From positions 1 through 64,000 of the IMG/VR virus record IMGVR_UViG_3300013121_000019: a DNA stretch of 64,000 bases; one strand, given 5' to 3'. The position numbers were made by a program, and so were the translations under genes. The notes below the pieces were generated by a model that worked only from the letters and a program-made list of their open reading frames with translations, ran no database searches and was not told the origin of the DNA. The stretch comes from a virus (taxonomy: Duplodnaviria; Caudoviricetes). Below are positions 1 to 11,600 of the stretch, piece by piece. Every line of letters begins with the position of its first letter. Position 1 is the first letter of the stretch.

Positions 1-633
1 CGTCGGGAGCATGAAACGGAGCTGGTGGCCCGTGTTAGGCAAGTCAGCTGTGCGGGTCGCGTACACGTAGACGATGCCGGCGCCCTCATCTACCGCGATC
101 CTCAGCGTCAGATAGTCGTCTCCTATGTCGACGATCTGCTGGCTGTCCGGAAGTGGCTGTGGCGGATCGGTCGAGTGCGCCGCGTAGGCGAACCCGGACC
201 TGGACAAGAACACGCCAGCCGCGCTGCCAGCCGCGTTCGAAGTTCCGACGAAGACGCGCCGTAGTGTCGTGTTGGCGAAGTCGGTCGGTAGCGAAACCAG
301 GTGGATCGTGGCCTCGAGCGTGCGCTGCGCCGGCACCGTCGTGTTGACGTGCACGTTCGTCGCCAGCCCGTCGTCGCTGCGAAGAACGAGATCCTGCAGT
401 ACTTCGTCGATCTCCACGTTTGGGGCCGTGGTTGCCGTCGGGGGCGGATGAGTAGCCAATAGCTCCGTGTGCAGCAGCACGCCAAGCATCGGGCCACACG
501 GACCGAAGCAGTAGATGTCGAACGGCTCCTCCGTCGGCAGCTCACCACCAACGGCGACCTCCGTGGGGGCCCCCCACGGAGCCTCACCCCACGGTGCTTC
601 GCCGAACCCGTACCCCGCGCAAGCCGATGTCAT
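1..633 (-). CDS. Partial virion/baseplate-type protein, runs off the window start
   Basis: Hand translation from ATG 633 (AAGGAG upstream) stays open to base 1: MTSACAGYGFGEAPWGEAPWG... It is absent from the ORF track because it is truncated. Lies in the structural gene block. Confidence 0.7.
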   Translation of the reverse strand, partial: MTSACAGYGFGEAPWGEAPWGAPTEVAVGGELPTEEPFDIYCFGPCGPMLGVLLHTELLATHPPPTATTAPNVEIDEVLQDLVLRSDDGLATNVHVNTTVPAQRTLEATIHLVSLPTDFANTTLRRVFVGTSNAAGSAAGVFLSRSGFAYAAHSTDPPQPLPDSQQIVDIGDDYLTLRIAVDEGAGIVYVYATRTADLPNTGHQLRFMLPT

Positions 634-641
634 GGCGCTCC

Positions 642-902
642 TTACGGCAGGACCACGTGACTTGTAGACCCAACTAGGATGTCGTGCCCCAGCCGCGTGG
701 CCGACGGCGCGCCGCTCGAGGTCCACGGCTCGGGTGCGCTGTGGTCGCTGCACCAGCCGCGGTTCAGGTAGATGACTGGCGTGGGCGCTGGACCGCCGCC
801 CCCGATCTCGCCGCCGGTCGTGCTTGCTCCGCGCCCAGCGCGTACTGCGACCCCGCCGTCGGCGATACTGGAGAGCCCCGTGGTTGCGTCGATCGTGGCC
901 AT
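642..902 (-). CDS. Small hypothetical virion-region protein (86 aa)
   Basis: MATIDATTG... starts immediately after the stop of 904..1887; tight gene packing. Confidence 0.55.
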   Translation of the reverse strand: MATIDATTGLSSIADGGVAVRAGRGASTTGGEIGGGGPAPTPVIYLNRGWCSDHSAPEPWTSSGAPSATRLGHDILVGSTSHVVLP

Positions 903-903
903 G

Positions 904-1887
904 TCACACCAGCCAATCCGACGTGCCGTCCCACACCGCGATGTACGGGTAGCGGTTGTACGGGGAGAGCGCGACGCGGCTCTTCGCGACGCCATCGAGC
1001 GGCACCATGTCGCCCCGCGTGACGGCCCCGTTCCACAGCCACCTGAAGAGCGTCGAGTAACCCTTGGCGCCGAACGGCCCACCGAGGTTCGTCGGCCGCG
1101 CGTAGAGCACGGGAAACGTGTCGTAGCTGCCGGTGTTCGTGTTGACCGGAGCGTAGTTGTCGCCGACGCAGAGGGAGTGGCGGTTGCCGAAGTAGCACAT
1201 CGGCATACGCACATGCGTGTTCGACTCGCCCGCGTAGTAGCCGATCGGCCCGAGGTTCTGCGTCTCCTCGGACCCGTCCCATGGGTAGCTCCGATAGGCG
1301 AGCCACTCCCCCTTCATGTCGAACGCCACGGGGTCGACATCAGCAGGGTCCTGGAGGCCCGTCAGCGGATCGATGTAGAACCCGAGCACGGGAACGCTGG
1401 TCCCGACGCGGAACGTTCCCGCCCAGAAACCATCCGTGGTGTCGATCGCGATGACGTGCCCACGGTACGGGTAGCTCGCGTTGTCCCCGCCGCCAGCGTA
1501 GAAGAGCTGCTCGAAAGTCGGCGAAGCGTCCGTGCCTCCGCCGCAGAGCACGAACTCGGCGAGCCCGGAAGCGCGAGCGGGCGTGATCGTAGGGTTTCCG
1601 TTGTCGTATTCTGCGAACGCGCCCTTGATGTACTTGACCCTCCAGTGGGTCTCGGCGGTGCCACGCTGGATACAGATCTGCCGCTCGCCGCTGGGCGACT
1701 GGCCGACCCACCACGCGTAGTCGTGGTTGTTGTCACCTTCGGCGGCCCACAGGTCCGATGCAGCGGCAGTTGTGCCGTTGCACGAAGAGATGACCGTCCA
1801 TCCGGCTGCTTTCAGTACGTTCTTGAGTCGGCGCAGGTACTCTGCACCGGTCGGCGGGTTGATGTTCGGGTCGCTACTGATGGTCAT
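904..1887 (-). CDS. Putative virion structural/tail protein
   Basis: 327 aa, beta-rich and aromatic-rich, GAGGAG RBS, in the structural operon. Confidence 0.6.
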   Translation of the reverse strand: MTISSDPNINPPTGAEYLRRLKNVLKAAGWTVISSCNGTTAAASDLWAAEGDNNHDYAWWVGQSPSGERQICIQRGTAETHWRVKYIKGAFAEYDNGNPTITPARASGLAEFVLCGGGTDASPTFEQLFYAGGGDNASYPYRGHVIAIDTTDGFWAGTFRVGTSVPVLGFYIDPLTGLQDPADVDPVAFDMKGEWLAYRSYPWDGSEETQNLGPIGYYAGESNTHVRMPMCYFGNRHSLCVGDNYAPVNTNTGSYDTFPVLYARPTNLGGPFGAKGYSTLFRWLWNGAVTRGDMVPLDGVAKSRVALSPYNRYPYIAVWDGTSDWLV

Positions 1888-1905
1888 GCTGTGCTCCTCG
1901 CGCGG

Positions 1906-2484
1906 TCACTCGAACTCGATCTCGGCGCTACCGACAGTCGCGATTGCGCCGGCACTCCATCCCTGCAACTGCAGCCAGCCGGTACCGGCGCCACCAGCAT
2001 TCGTCAGCAGCGCGCTTACGTCTACTTCCAGCAACGTGCCGGCCACGCTTGCGGAAGTGATGAGTGTGCCGATGATTTGCGGCGCTGCGTACACAGCGGC
2101 GTCGGCATCATACAACCGCACACTGGCGGCCTTTATCGAGTCGCTGGTGCGAAGGTACACACGCAATGTCGCGGTAGTGGCCCACGATAGTGCTGCCTGG
2201 TCTAGCCAGTAACCTCCCAGCTCCTCTGGTGACCCCACTAGCGCCGCTGTTGTGCACAGCTTCGCCACAAGAGGAATCAGCGTAGGACGCTGCACGACCG
2301 GAGCGGTTGCGGCCGACGGCAGCGTCTGCAGCAAGCAGACGTCCGCCAAGTCCGTCCACGCGTTCGGGTAGGCCACACTGGGCCCGGGGTACCCGGCGTG
2401 CAGACCGAACGGCGTGTCGGTGGTCCAGAAGATGTCTTTTGCCGCTACGGTGTCGTACGCACGGATGATCGCGGTGGCAGCCAT
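1906..2484 (-). CDS. Hypothetical structural protein
   Basis: 192 aa ORF tightly packed in the minus-strand operon. Confidence 0.55.
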   Translation of the reverse strand: MAATAIIRAYDTVAAKDIFWTTDTPFGLHAGYPGPSVAYPNAWTDLADVCLLQTLPSAATAPVVQRPTLIPLVAKLCTTAALVGSPEELGGYWLDQAALSWATTATLRVYLRTSDSIKAASVRLYDADAAVYAAPQIIGTLITSASVAGTLLEVDVSALLTNAGGAGTGWLQLQGWSAGAIATVGSAEIEFE

Positions 2485-2486
2485 CG

Positions 2487-3395
2487 TTACACCTTGTTCC
2501 GGAAGAGAAGACGCGCGTACAGCACATGCACGGCGTACGCCGACGGATTCGTCAGCAGATCACCGGGATCTGTGGAGATGAACGACGGGGCCACACGAAG
2601 CTCGTAGCGGTGTGCTCCGGCAAGAAATCGATCGACCAGGAAGTCTGTGTAGTCGACCGACACGAGCTTCAGGCCGTCCCCACTCACCGTGCTGTACTCA
2701 CCGATCGATACACTCGGCGGGCCTGCTTGACGAAGCTCCACGCGGGTCCGGTTCTCCGTCGTCGGGTGCCACAGCAGCACCTCAAGACGAACTTGGATGT
2801 TCGAAGTCGCATGACGGAACGCCACGGTGTCGAACATCACGTGGGCAACCCGAGGGATCGCGAAGTCGAGCGCCACCGGCATGGCGTCCAGCGGGGAGCT
2901 GAACACGAACGGCAGCGTGTCCTGCGCGATGAACGCGTTCTCTTCGATGTCCTTGAGGGCCGTCTCGAACAGCGGCGCGTAGCTTCTGGTGTTGGGAATG
3001 TCGGCGACCTTGATGCGGTTCTCCGCGGCCGACTCCTTGAACGCCGGAAGACCCCATCCACGACGTGGCGTCGCCAGACCGGGCGCATTCGACAACACGC
3101 GAAGCACCTGAACCGACACGTTGCCGGGCCCACCACCGTTGGTCTTCAGCTGGACGCGCGCGGTACCGGCTCCGCCGAAGGCGGTCAGCGTGGTCAGCTG
3201 CGACGATGGCGCCGACAGCGCGCACAGCACCCCGGTGGTGGCGTCCTCGATGGACCACTCGTACGAGGTGTTGCCGAGGGGCGACACCGGCACCAGCTGG
3301 ATGTCCTGGTCAGCGTGCAGGTCATCTCGCGGCACGCCATCTTCACCGGCGCCAGCGCCGGGCGACTGATCAACTCGAAAGATTGCACCGGCCAT
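2487..3395 (-). CDS. Hypothetical structural protein with Ig/PKD-like N-terminus
   Basis: 302 aa; 'TSYEWSI...TTLT...G.ARVQL' resembles a PKD/Ig beta-sandwich. Confidence 0.5.
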   Translation of the reverse strand: MAGAIFRVDQSPGAGAGEDGVPRDDLHADQDIQLVPVSPLGNTSYEWSIEDATTGVLCALSAPSSQLTTLTAFGGAGTARVQLKTNGGGPGNVSVQVLRVLSNAPGLATPRRGWGLPAFKESAAENRIKVADIPNTRSYAPLFETALKDIEENAFIAQDTLPFVFSSPLDAMPVALDFAIPRVAHVMFDTVAFRHATSNIQVRLEVLLWHPTTENRTRVELRQAGPPSVSIGEYSTVSGDGLKLVSVDYTDFLVDRFLAGAHRYELRVAPSFISTDPGDLLTNPSAYAVHVLYARLLFRNKV

Positions 3396-3445
3396 GTTTT
3401 TGTGGTCCCACTTTAGCGGTATCAGTACCCCGGAGCCAAGTCACC

Positions 3446-3760
3446 ATGCCGATCGTCGAGATGGATCCTGAGCTCGCGTGGCGAGCGATCGAAGGCTACG
3501 AAAACGTCCTCACTCCTGCGGCCAACTCCCTTCGCGAGCGGTACGCCCAGTTCCACTGCAATCGCTGCGGCGGCAAGTACCAGGAAGAGATCGATCCGCG
3601 GCACGTGTTCCGTGATGGCACGCTCGTACCGCGTTCTCTCCTGCGTTGCACCTCATGCCGTCACCTGCTGGATCCGTTCACTGGGCTCACCATCGAAGTC
3701 GGCAACGTCGTCGAGGAGCCTACGCCACACGGCGGGTTACGGTTACCCCATCCGGGATGA
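3446..3760 (+). CDS. Zn-ribbon protein (104 aa)
   Basis: MPIVEMDPE... with CNRC and CTSC pairs; converges on and overlaps the end of the baseplate gene. Confidence 0.55.
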   Translation: MPIVEMDPELAWRAIEGYENVLTPAANSLRERYAQFHCNRCGGKYQEEIDPRHVFRDGTLVPRSLLRCTSCRHLLDPFTGLTIEVGNVVEEPTPHGGLRLPHPG

Positions 3761-6700
3761 ACGTCGCGAGCCGCCCGGTGCTGAGCTTGTTCTGTGAGCG
3801 CTCCAGCACGACGGAACGGTCCACCCCGAACACCACCGCGATGATCTCGATCGGGTTCTCGATCGAGACGGCACCACGGCGCTGCATCAACCTGATCAGC
3901 TCACTGACCTCGATGTAATCATCGGGCAGCAGCCCGTTGATGTAGTCGAGGATGTCGGGGCGCACGACCGACTCAGCAGATCCGCCCATGTAGGTCAGGG
4001 CGCACCGCACCATGTGGACGATGAGGTGGCGGGCCAGCGGGCTCGCATCGACGACACGTTCGAGTGACGCCGACAGGAAGTTCTGCGCATCGGCCACCGT
4101 CTGCGAGCGCCAGTAGATCACCTGCAGACCCTGGCCCAAGAGATGTGTGGCGTTCTCAGGATCGTCGGATGTACCGACCTCTAGGATCGTCGGGGACAGC
4201 GTCATCGTGACGTCTTCGGTTGTAGAGAACGTCAGGTTCTGGCTGCGGGTCGACAACCGGTACCCGTCGGACCGATACCCCGTGGCGGTCATCAGATTGC
4301 CCGCGGAGATGTTCCAGGTGTCGCCCGGTCCCTCCGACAGGAGCTCTACGTCGAACCAGTAGAGTCCGTTAGGAAGTAGGTTCTTCGCCATGTCGGTCGC
4401 TACGATGCGCTGCACACCAGGTCGAATCACTCGGAAGTGCTGGCGCGTTGCCGCGGTGAACGTCTCGCCACCACACGTCAGCGCCCCGGGGGCTACGGCG
4501 GTGATGGCGTAGCGGCCAACATTGGGGCACGGTGTTCCGGCCGTGTTGAGCGTGTCGGCCACGGCGCTGAACCCAAGGAGGGCATTGGCGCTACCGCTGG
4601 CGCGTACCACGATCGACACGTCACCCTCGAGCTCCAGGTGGTTGCCAACACCGAGCGTAGCGAGCGTTTTGCCGATGGCCTGATTGATCTGCTTGGCGAC
4701 AGCGGCACGGGTCACAGCGCCCACAGGGATCGACGGATCATCGCGCATGAACGTGATGGTCTTGTCGGAACTTCCAGCGATCGACAGCACGAGCGTCTTC
4801 AGGGCTAGCGACGGTACAGGGTCCGCCAGCCCAACGGATCCAACGATCGGCCCCGAGTCGATCGACAGGATGTCGCCGACTGCCACGAGCTTACTGATGA
4901 AGTCGATGGAGCTCGAGCTGAGCGTGTCGACGCCGGTGGTCACGCCATCCGACGGCGATGTGACGGACGGCGGACCCGGAATGCGTGTGTACTCGAGCGT
5001 CGGGTCGGGTCGGTAATGCAGGTCGCCGAGGTTCTCGTCGACGTACGTGAACGTCGCGGATGCATCGACCTCGAAAGTAGTGGGCTCCAGGAAGAAGAGT
5101 CGGCAGCTGCCGAGGGACGGAGCTCCGATCCGCACCTTGCGCCGCAACTCCGGCACGAAGTCACGGTCGGTCATCACGGCCTGGCTGACGCCAGAGTAGA
5201 CGCTGACGGCGCGACAGAAGCCGACCTGCCCGCCGTCCATGACTGCCACGACGTCCATGTCCTCGAGCGGGATCGTCAACCCGTTGGACCAGTTCGTGAT
5301 GCTGAGCGATCGAACATGTCGCGAGTCGAACGCAGCGGCTGCGCCGAACAGCTCAGTGACCGCGGTGCCACCGGTGACCCGTAGGTTGCGCCCCATGGCA
5401 CGAAGACCAAGACGCTCCTCAGCACCGTCAGGCACGATCACCGCGATGTTCTGCAAGATGTCCGCGGAGGACACCGCGTTGATCTGGCTCACGATGGACG
5501 ACAGCGAGATGGGCTCGCCGCCGACCAACGTGATGTGCATCGTCGTCAGCCCGTCGACCAGGATGTCCAGTGTGAGCCCCGCAGCGTTGTAGCCGCTGCC
5601 GGCCTGGCGGCCCACGATGCCGAGCAGTGCATCGGTGACCTCGGCCTTCACGCCGCGTGCGATGTTCGAGAACGCGGTAGAGCGCCCGTCCACCGGGCAC
5701 GCGTACGGCACAGTGGAGCCGACAGGCTGCCCGGTGGCGTCCAGCAGCTCCACGCTCTTCACGCGCAGCAGTGGGCGAACCACACCGCCGGAAGGATTGA
5801 GCTTGAAGATCGTGAAGTCTACGTGAGACGTGGTCGACTTGAACGGGCGGTCAACCACGACCTCCGTGAAGAAGGCACCGCCACCCAGCGACCTGACGGT
5901 GTAGTCCCCGGCGTCCGGGCCACGGTGCACCCTCAGGATGTCCTTGGCCGCCACACCGAACTCGGACATGTCCGTACCGCTCAGCGTCGTGACCGTTGCC
6001 GAGCCCTGAACCGTCGACAGGTCGGAGCCGCGCAGTCGAATGAACTTCGGCTCGACCAAATCGACATCCACCTCATCGGAGATGCTCCACATGAGGCCAG
6101 TCTCAAGTACGAAGGGCGCCGGATCGACCTCCACGTACGGGTGGTCGTCGGGCACCGACGGCTGCACAACCCGTAGGATGCGAAAGACGCCAGCCGCGAC
6201 ACCGGAGGGAATCGTGATGGAACGCCCCACGGAGCGCTCGAGCTCTAGGTAGTGCGCGTCGTCCTCCTCGTAGTTGGTGCCCAACGTGTAGTCATTGAGG
6301 TAGATGCGCGCAGGGCTCTCCCAGGTAGTGGCGCGGGCCCCGCTGAGCAGTGGGGTCTCGTCACTCAGCGTAGAGATCGTCAGCGAAGCCTCATCGGGCT
6401 CCGCGCCCTGGCAGTACACATCGTACGCACCGCCAATGTGCACCACATCGTCGTCCACATGAGTGAGGCCGAACTCGCCCTCGGGGAAGAGGATGCCGCC
6501 GGGGATGTCCGAGAGGGTGAGCTCGCTACGACGCAGCATCCAGTACAGCGGCACGACCACCGGCGAGGTGTCGAGCAGCACGCTGTCCACGACGTCCACC
6601 TCGACCGAAGGGGCACCGCCGTTGGGCACGACGCTGACGATCGACAGATCACGTACCTGAGGGCTAGTGGCGAATCCGCCAAACACCGTCAGGATGAACC

Positions 6701-7709
6701 GACCTCGCACAGGCCCAGGCGGTCCAATCAGCGAGTGCAGGTTCGGAGATTCCCCCGTCAGGGCATCCTCGCCGAGACGGAACCTGCGGGTTGTCGTGGT
6801 CAGCGACCCATCGGGGACTGCCTGGCCAACCACACCGGCGGCCAGCACGGGCCCGAGACCGCCGCCCTTCAACACGTCGCGCTGCATCTCCGGGTCGCCC
6901 ATGCCGACCACCGCGATACTGCGGACGCTCGAGACCACGGCGGGAAGACGCGCCATGATGCCGCGCAGACCCACAAGAGAGCGCTCGGTGACTTCCTGAC
7001 GGGCACGATCGATGAACTGCTCCGAGGTCTCTGCCGGTAGCCCGTCACGAGCTCGGAATTTGTTCGTGACCCGTACGGCGGTTGCGAGATTCGCGATTGC
7101 GTTGATGGCGCCAGCCGCCACGTTGTACTGATCGCCGGGCTTCTCCGCGATCACAGAGATGTCGAAGTAGTAGAGGCTGCCCTCCTTGTTGAATACCATC
7201 TCTTCGGTGCGAATCGACTGGATGGCGATGGGGAGGAACCGTAGCTCACCAGCCGAGCAGTAGTTGGCCGGCGAGACCGACGTCGAGCGAGGGTTCGCGA
7301 AGTACAAACGAACGGTCGTGCGTGCGTAGGCGCCCGTGGCGATCTCGGAGAAGACGTTGGCGCCAAGCGCCTTGGCCTCATCGGTCGTCAGCACTGCAGG
7401 ATCGATCATCGACTGCTGGGTCTTGACGAGAGACGTCTCCCGCACGACGGGATCCAACATCAGTTGGACCGGCGTCACCAGCAGGTCTGCGAGACCGCCG
7501 CCCTCCTCGATGTACGCGTCCGGGAACTCCTGTGCCATACGCGTACGAACGAACGTCGTCAGGTCCGTCGTGTACGGGTCTGTGCCGAGCCTTCGGAGCA
7601 ACGGCCGCAGCACCTGCGTGTCGAAGGGCGAGCCATCCGAGGTGTCGACGGTCGAGTCCCAGGCCGCCATTCTCTCGCGCAGGTACGTGGTTAGATCGGT
7701 CTGTGCCAT
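3720..7709 (-). CDS. Baseplate J-like / wedge protein
   Basis: 1329 aa with J-like motifs: 'VIAEKPGDQYNVAAGAI', 'VTN...RDGLPAETSEQFIDRAR', and C-terminal 'I.DYINGL..D..IEVSELI'. Confidence 0.75.
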   Translation of the reverse strand: MAQTDLTTYLRERMAAWDSTVDTSDGSPFDTQVLRPLLRRLGTDPYTTDLTTFVRTRMAQEFPDAYIEEGGGLADLLVTPVQLMLDPVVRETSLVKTQQSMIDPAVLTTDEAKALGANVFSEIATGAYARTTVRLYFANPRSTSVSPANYCSAGELRFLPIAIQSIRTEEMVFNKEGSLYYFDISVIAEKPGDQYNVAAGAINAIANLATAVRVTNKFRARDGLPAETSEQFIDRARQEVTERSLVGLRGIMARLPAVVSSVRSIAVVGMGDPEMQRDVLKGGGLGPVLAAGVVGQAVPDGSLTTTTRRFRLGEDALTGESPNLHSLIGPPGPVRGRFILTVFGGFATSPQVRDLSIVSVVPNGGAPSVEVDVVDSVLLDTSPVVVPLYWMLRRSELTLSDIPGGILFPEGEFGLTHVDDDVVHIGGAYDVYCQGAEPDEASLTISTLSDETPLLSGARATTWESPARIYLNDYTLGTNYEEDDAHYLELERSVGRSITIPSGVAAGVFRILRVVQPSVPDDHPYVEVDPAPFVLETGLMWSISDEVDVDLVEPKFIRLRGSDLSTVQGSATVTTLSGTDMSEFGVAAKDILRVHRGPDAGDYTVRSLGGGAFFTEVVVDRPFKSTTSHVDFTIFKLNPSGGVVRPLLRVKSVELLDATGQPVGSTVPYACPVDGRSTAFSNIARGVKAEVTDALLGIVGRQAGSGYNAAGLTLDILVDGLTTMHITLVGGEPISLSSIVSQINAVSSADILQNIAVIVPDGAEERLGLRAMGRNLRVTGGTAVTELFGAAAAFDSRHVRSLSITNWSNGLTIPLEDMDVVAVMDGGQVGFCRAVSVYSGVSQAVMTDRDFVPELRRKVRIGAPSLGSCRLFFLEPTTFEVDASATFTYVDENLGDLHYRPDPTLEYTRIPGPPSVTSPSDGVTTGVDTLSSSSIDFISKLVAVGDILSIDSGPIVGSVGLADPVPSLALKTLVLSIAGSSDKTITFMRDDPSIPVGAVTRAAVAKQINQAIGKTLATLGVGNHLELEGDVSIVVRASGSANALLGFSAVADTLNTAGTPCPNVGRYAITAVAPGALTCGGETFTAATRQHFRVIRPGVQRIVATDMAKNLLPNGLYWFDVELLSEGPGDTWNISAGNLMTATGYRSDGYRLSTRSQNLTFSTTEDVTMTLSPTILEVGTSDDPENATHLLGQGLQVIYWRSQTVADAQNFLSASLERVVDASPLARHLIVHMVRCALTYMGGSAESVVRPDILDYINGLLPDDYIEVSELIRLMQRRGAVSIENPIEIIAVVFGVDRSVVLERSQNKLSTGRLATFIPDGVTVTRRVA

Positions 7710-7711
7710 CG

Positions 7712-8362
7712 TCAGAGCTCCATGTTGGCTTGTCCCGTTTTACCGGACTGCGATACTAGCTCGATCCCCATGGCGAGCGCGGTCTCGTTTCTGTTGAAGC
7801 CCGCGTTGATGACCTTCCCGCTGAGTAGGCGCTCGGTCAGGGGCAGCTTCGGGACACGGCTTTGCACGGCGATCAACTGCCGTGTGGTGGTGTCCGCAGC
7901 GATCACCATGCCGCTGATGATGTTGCCGATTTCGTTCTGTCCGAACGACTGCCCGTACACCATCTGAGCGCCGCCACCGATGCTCTTGTTGGAGATACTC
8001 GTGCCCTGCGTGGTGAAGAACATCTTCAACCACGTCTGCATCAACCGCATGATGCCAGATGCCTTGCGGGCCGCGTCGCCGATCTTGAACTTGATCATGT
8101 TCTTCGACGACAACGAGATGCTGGCACTCGAGATCGTGACGGACGTGATCCGCTGGCGCACCATGATCGGAGGCACCTGCGCCAGCAGCCGCCGTTGCGA
8201 CACGATCACGACGTCTGGCGAAGGGACGTCGTTGATCAGCACCTGGTCGACCAGTCGGAAATCCTCACCGATGATGTCGACGGTTAGCGGCGGACCGTAG
8301 ACGAGCTTGGCCGACGATACCGGAATCATCTCCTGTGGAAATGCGAACTGGATGTCGAGCAC
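7712..8362 (-). CDS. Baseplate wedge protein (IPT-like N-terminus, gp25-like C-terminus)
   Basis: 'SGIMRLMQTWLKMFFTTQGT...GGG' and 'LPLTERL' match the gp25-like pattern; adjacent to the J-like gene. Confidence 0.55.
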   Translation of the reverse strand: MLDIQFAFPQEMIPVSSAKLVYGPPLTVDIIGEDFRLVDQVLINDVPSPDVVIVSQRRLLAQVPPIMVRQRITSVTISSASISLSSKNMIKFKIGDAARKASGIMRLMQTWLKMFFTTQGTSISNKSIGGGAQMVYGQSFGQNEIGNIISGMVIAADTTTRQLIAVQSRVPKLPLTERLLSGKVINAGFNRNETALAMGIELVSQSGKTGQANMEL

Positions 8363-8368
8363 AAGCCC

Positions 8369-8665
8369 TCACTTCGGCGTGTTTACCGCCGTGCTGTCGT
8401 CCTTGTCGTTGAACGCATCGTCGGGCATCGACCTGATCTTCTCGATGACCGCTACCAGATCGTTCTCCACCTTGTCGATCCGCTCCTTCATGCTGGGTCG
8501 TGAGCCGGCCCCACCGCCCTCGAGTCTCGAGATCTGCATGTCTAGGAGCTCCTCGAAGGTCCTGACGGTGAACGAGCGCGAGAGCTCACGACCGCGTACC
8601 GCGTTGTACGCGGCAGCCAAAGCCGCACGTTGTTCGTCGGATGCTGCGATCTTGTTGTCAGCCAT
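8369..8665 (-). CDS. Hypothetical protein
   Basis: 98 aa helical ORF; start overlaps the upstream stop. Confidence 0.55.
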   Translation of the reverse strand: MADNKIAASDEQRAALAAAYNAVRGRELSRSFTVRTFEELLDMQISRLEGGGAGSRPSMKERIDKVENDLVAVIEKIRSMPDDAFNDKDDSTAVNTPK

Positions 8666-11600
8666 CAGGGTACATTCCCCGTTTGAACATCCGGAGCGTC
8701 GGGCTGCTCCGGATCGATGTCATCGTACTCGGCGTCGTTCTCCTGTAGGGCCGCTAGGCGAATAGCCTCAGATGCGGACGTGCGACCGAACCGACTGATC
8801 GGAAGATCCTTCTGTACAACCTTCTGCGACGCCTCCAGCAGCGCACCAGTGTACGAAGAGGTCGAGGAGGTCAACGTGAAGAAGCTTTGGAAGTTCGCAG
8901 CCAGCAGCACATCGGCAGCGCGCCCACAGCCCCTTCCACGAAGCAGGGTGAGGATGTCGTCCACAGCGGGCACGCGTGCTGACGAGTGCTGATCCAACGC
9001 GTACTCGAGCGTAGCGACCGCGTCGTCGCTGCCAGCCACAGCGAGAACATCGTGCAGCTCGAACAGCCTCGCCTTTGCTGCGTTCACGGAGGCGCGCGAG
9101 GAGCTCACGTTGGTGATCAACGGAGACAGCGCCGCGTTCAACGTACGAAAGAACGCGCTGGTGTTGACCGACAAGCGCAACCACGCTGCCAAGCGCGCCT
9201 GCAGGGTCTCGTACCGCTCCAGGTCTTGGTTGGTGACCCGCCCGAACGGCACCTGCACACCGCTCTGAAACGACCACGAAGAGTCATCCTCATCCGACGG
9301 AAACTCCGGGCTGACCTGCACGACAGAGCCACCATCGGCTGCCGTGAACACAGCCACCACAGTGTGACGTCTGGTGTACGCGGCGTAGTTGGACGCGAAC
9401 ATGTCCACATGATCGCCCACTTCGACTTCGTACTTCGAGGTCGACAGGTACCGGGCGTCTTTGCGCAGACGAAACCAAGGCGAAGTGCCGACGGCCCGTA
9501 CGGGGTAGCTATCGAAGAACGCCGGGAGCGCACCGCCATCGACGGACAGCCGAGAGGTCAAGTCCGCTCGACGCGACTCGATGCGCACACGTTGCTGCGA
9601 GACGTTGCACACGAAGGTGCTCGGTGTCTCGACTAGCTGTCGATCGAGCTGCACATGTGCTGGAACGTCGGGATTCGCCGTTACGACGCGGTAACCGCCA
9701 GCGTTAGGCCCCGTCGGGATACTTAGAAACATCCCGATGATGCCCGTGGTGGGAACCACCTCGATGATGTCGTTGTCAGCCACAGGAGCGATCGGCCCTG
9801 TAGCGATGAGCTGCGAGGCCGATACCTCGCTGACGATCCAGGACTTGCCAGCGTTGGTCCCAGAGATCACCAGCAACTGATCCCCCACACGAACGGCGTC
9901 GAAGGACCCATCGGCGATCGTGGCACGCACGTCCGTCGTACCGACGACTTCTAGATCAGCAGCTACGCCGGATACCCGAAACAGCATCACGGTGCCAGGC
10001 CCGACAGACCGAGCGCTGACCCTGCTCAGCACGGTGGTGTCGACTGCTGTTGCGGTAATGCGCGGAGACACCCGCGACAGCTGCCGAGCTACATCCGCAG
10101 ACGTCATCGAGGTAGACCTGGCTGTACTTCCGGCAACAAACCCGAGCACCTGCTGCGCAGGAGACGAGCGCATCTCGAGGAGTGACCCGTAGCCAGCCAA
10201 CGTGGAGGTCAACTGCAGGTACTTCGGCGACCCCGCGGGGTACCCAGACGGCACCACCTCGGGCACCAGACCGGTCAGTGCAGTCACGACATCCGACAGG
10301 GACAGCAGACCTGCCGGTAGCGCCACAGAGTACTCCGTGGAGTTCGCCACAAGACTCAGCTCACGGTTGTCCGGTGTGCCGGTCAGCTTGTGCCCAGACG
10401 TAAGACCGAACAGCGCGTTGGCCTCCGTACGGGCGCCCACGACGCAGGAGTAGGCAGGGCCCGGTTGGTTCGCTGTGATCCTCGGACAACCGACCACTAC
10501 TGCACAGGTAAAGTCGGAAGACATGCCCGTGCTGGCCAACTGTGCCGTCAACAGCGCCTCTACCTGCGCCGCGCTCACGGCGGCACCGTTCGGCAGCGTG
10601 ACCTCGATCCGCTTTGTGCCCACACCTTGTCGAGACAGGTAGAGCTCAAAGCGGCGGTCGGAGAGGCCCGTCGTGTTGTACGGCTCGGCGGACAACGGCA
10701 GAGTGGCGCTGCTGTTTTCCGTAAACAGGAACGGGCCCTCTACGGACCCACGTAGCTGCGCCTCTGTTGGCGGCGACAGCACCACCGTTACGGTTTCCGA
10801 CGGGTCATCGACAGCGATCAGCAGCGTTCGATTCGTGTCATCCGGATCCACGGCACTCGAGTTGAACGCCCACGGTCCCAGCATCTCCGTCGTCAGCGCA
10901 GCAGGTGTCGCCGGGTAGGCGCTGGAAGCGAATGATCCACCGGTCGTTCCATCTGGAAGATCAGCCGATGCGGCCGGCACATGAAGCGACGACACATTCA
11001 GTACCAGGCTCTTCGCGGTCAACAACGTCAGCAATGACGAGCGTGCCATCTCCGCTCGTGCCGATGTAGAGCCGGCCATGTACGCGGCGTATACGTCGAG
11101 CACTTCGGCACGGATGCGGTTCAGCGTGTCGGATGCGGTCTTCGAAGGCAGCTCCAGCGCGTTGTAGGAATCCAGCGCAGCAACCAGTAGGCCCGCGCGC
11201 CGGACAACATCGGCATGCGCCGTAGCAAGATCACGCAACTTCTGAGGCAGGAGCAGCCGCGCCTCTTCAGGAGACTTGGTGACGCGCGAACCAACGACCA
11301 CGTTTGGCGCCAGAGACTTCCTGGCAAACGCATCGATGTTCTTGGCGAAACGCGCGTATGCAGGCGTCTTGGCCAACGAGCGAGGCGCAGACGCGCGTTG
11401 GCCAACCGATAGCGTCAGGTCACGGATGGCCGCGGCGGCGTTGCCAAGCGGTGTGATGTCGACGATCGGATCCGACTGACGTGCCAGCGTGTCTACGAGA
11501 TCAGTGATCTCCTCGAGCGCTTCGATCTCGTTGCGAACCAACGACAGCAGCTTCCGAGCAGCCAGCGCCATCGCGTAGAACACGGCGCGTGGCCGCAGCA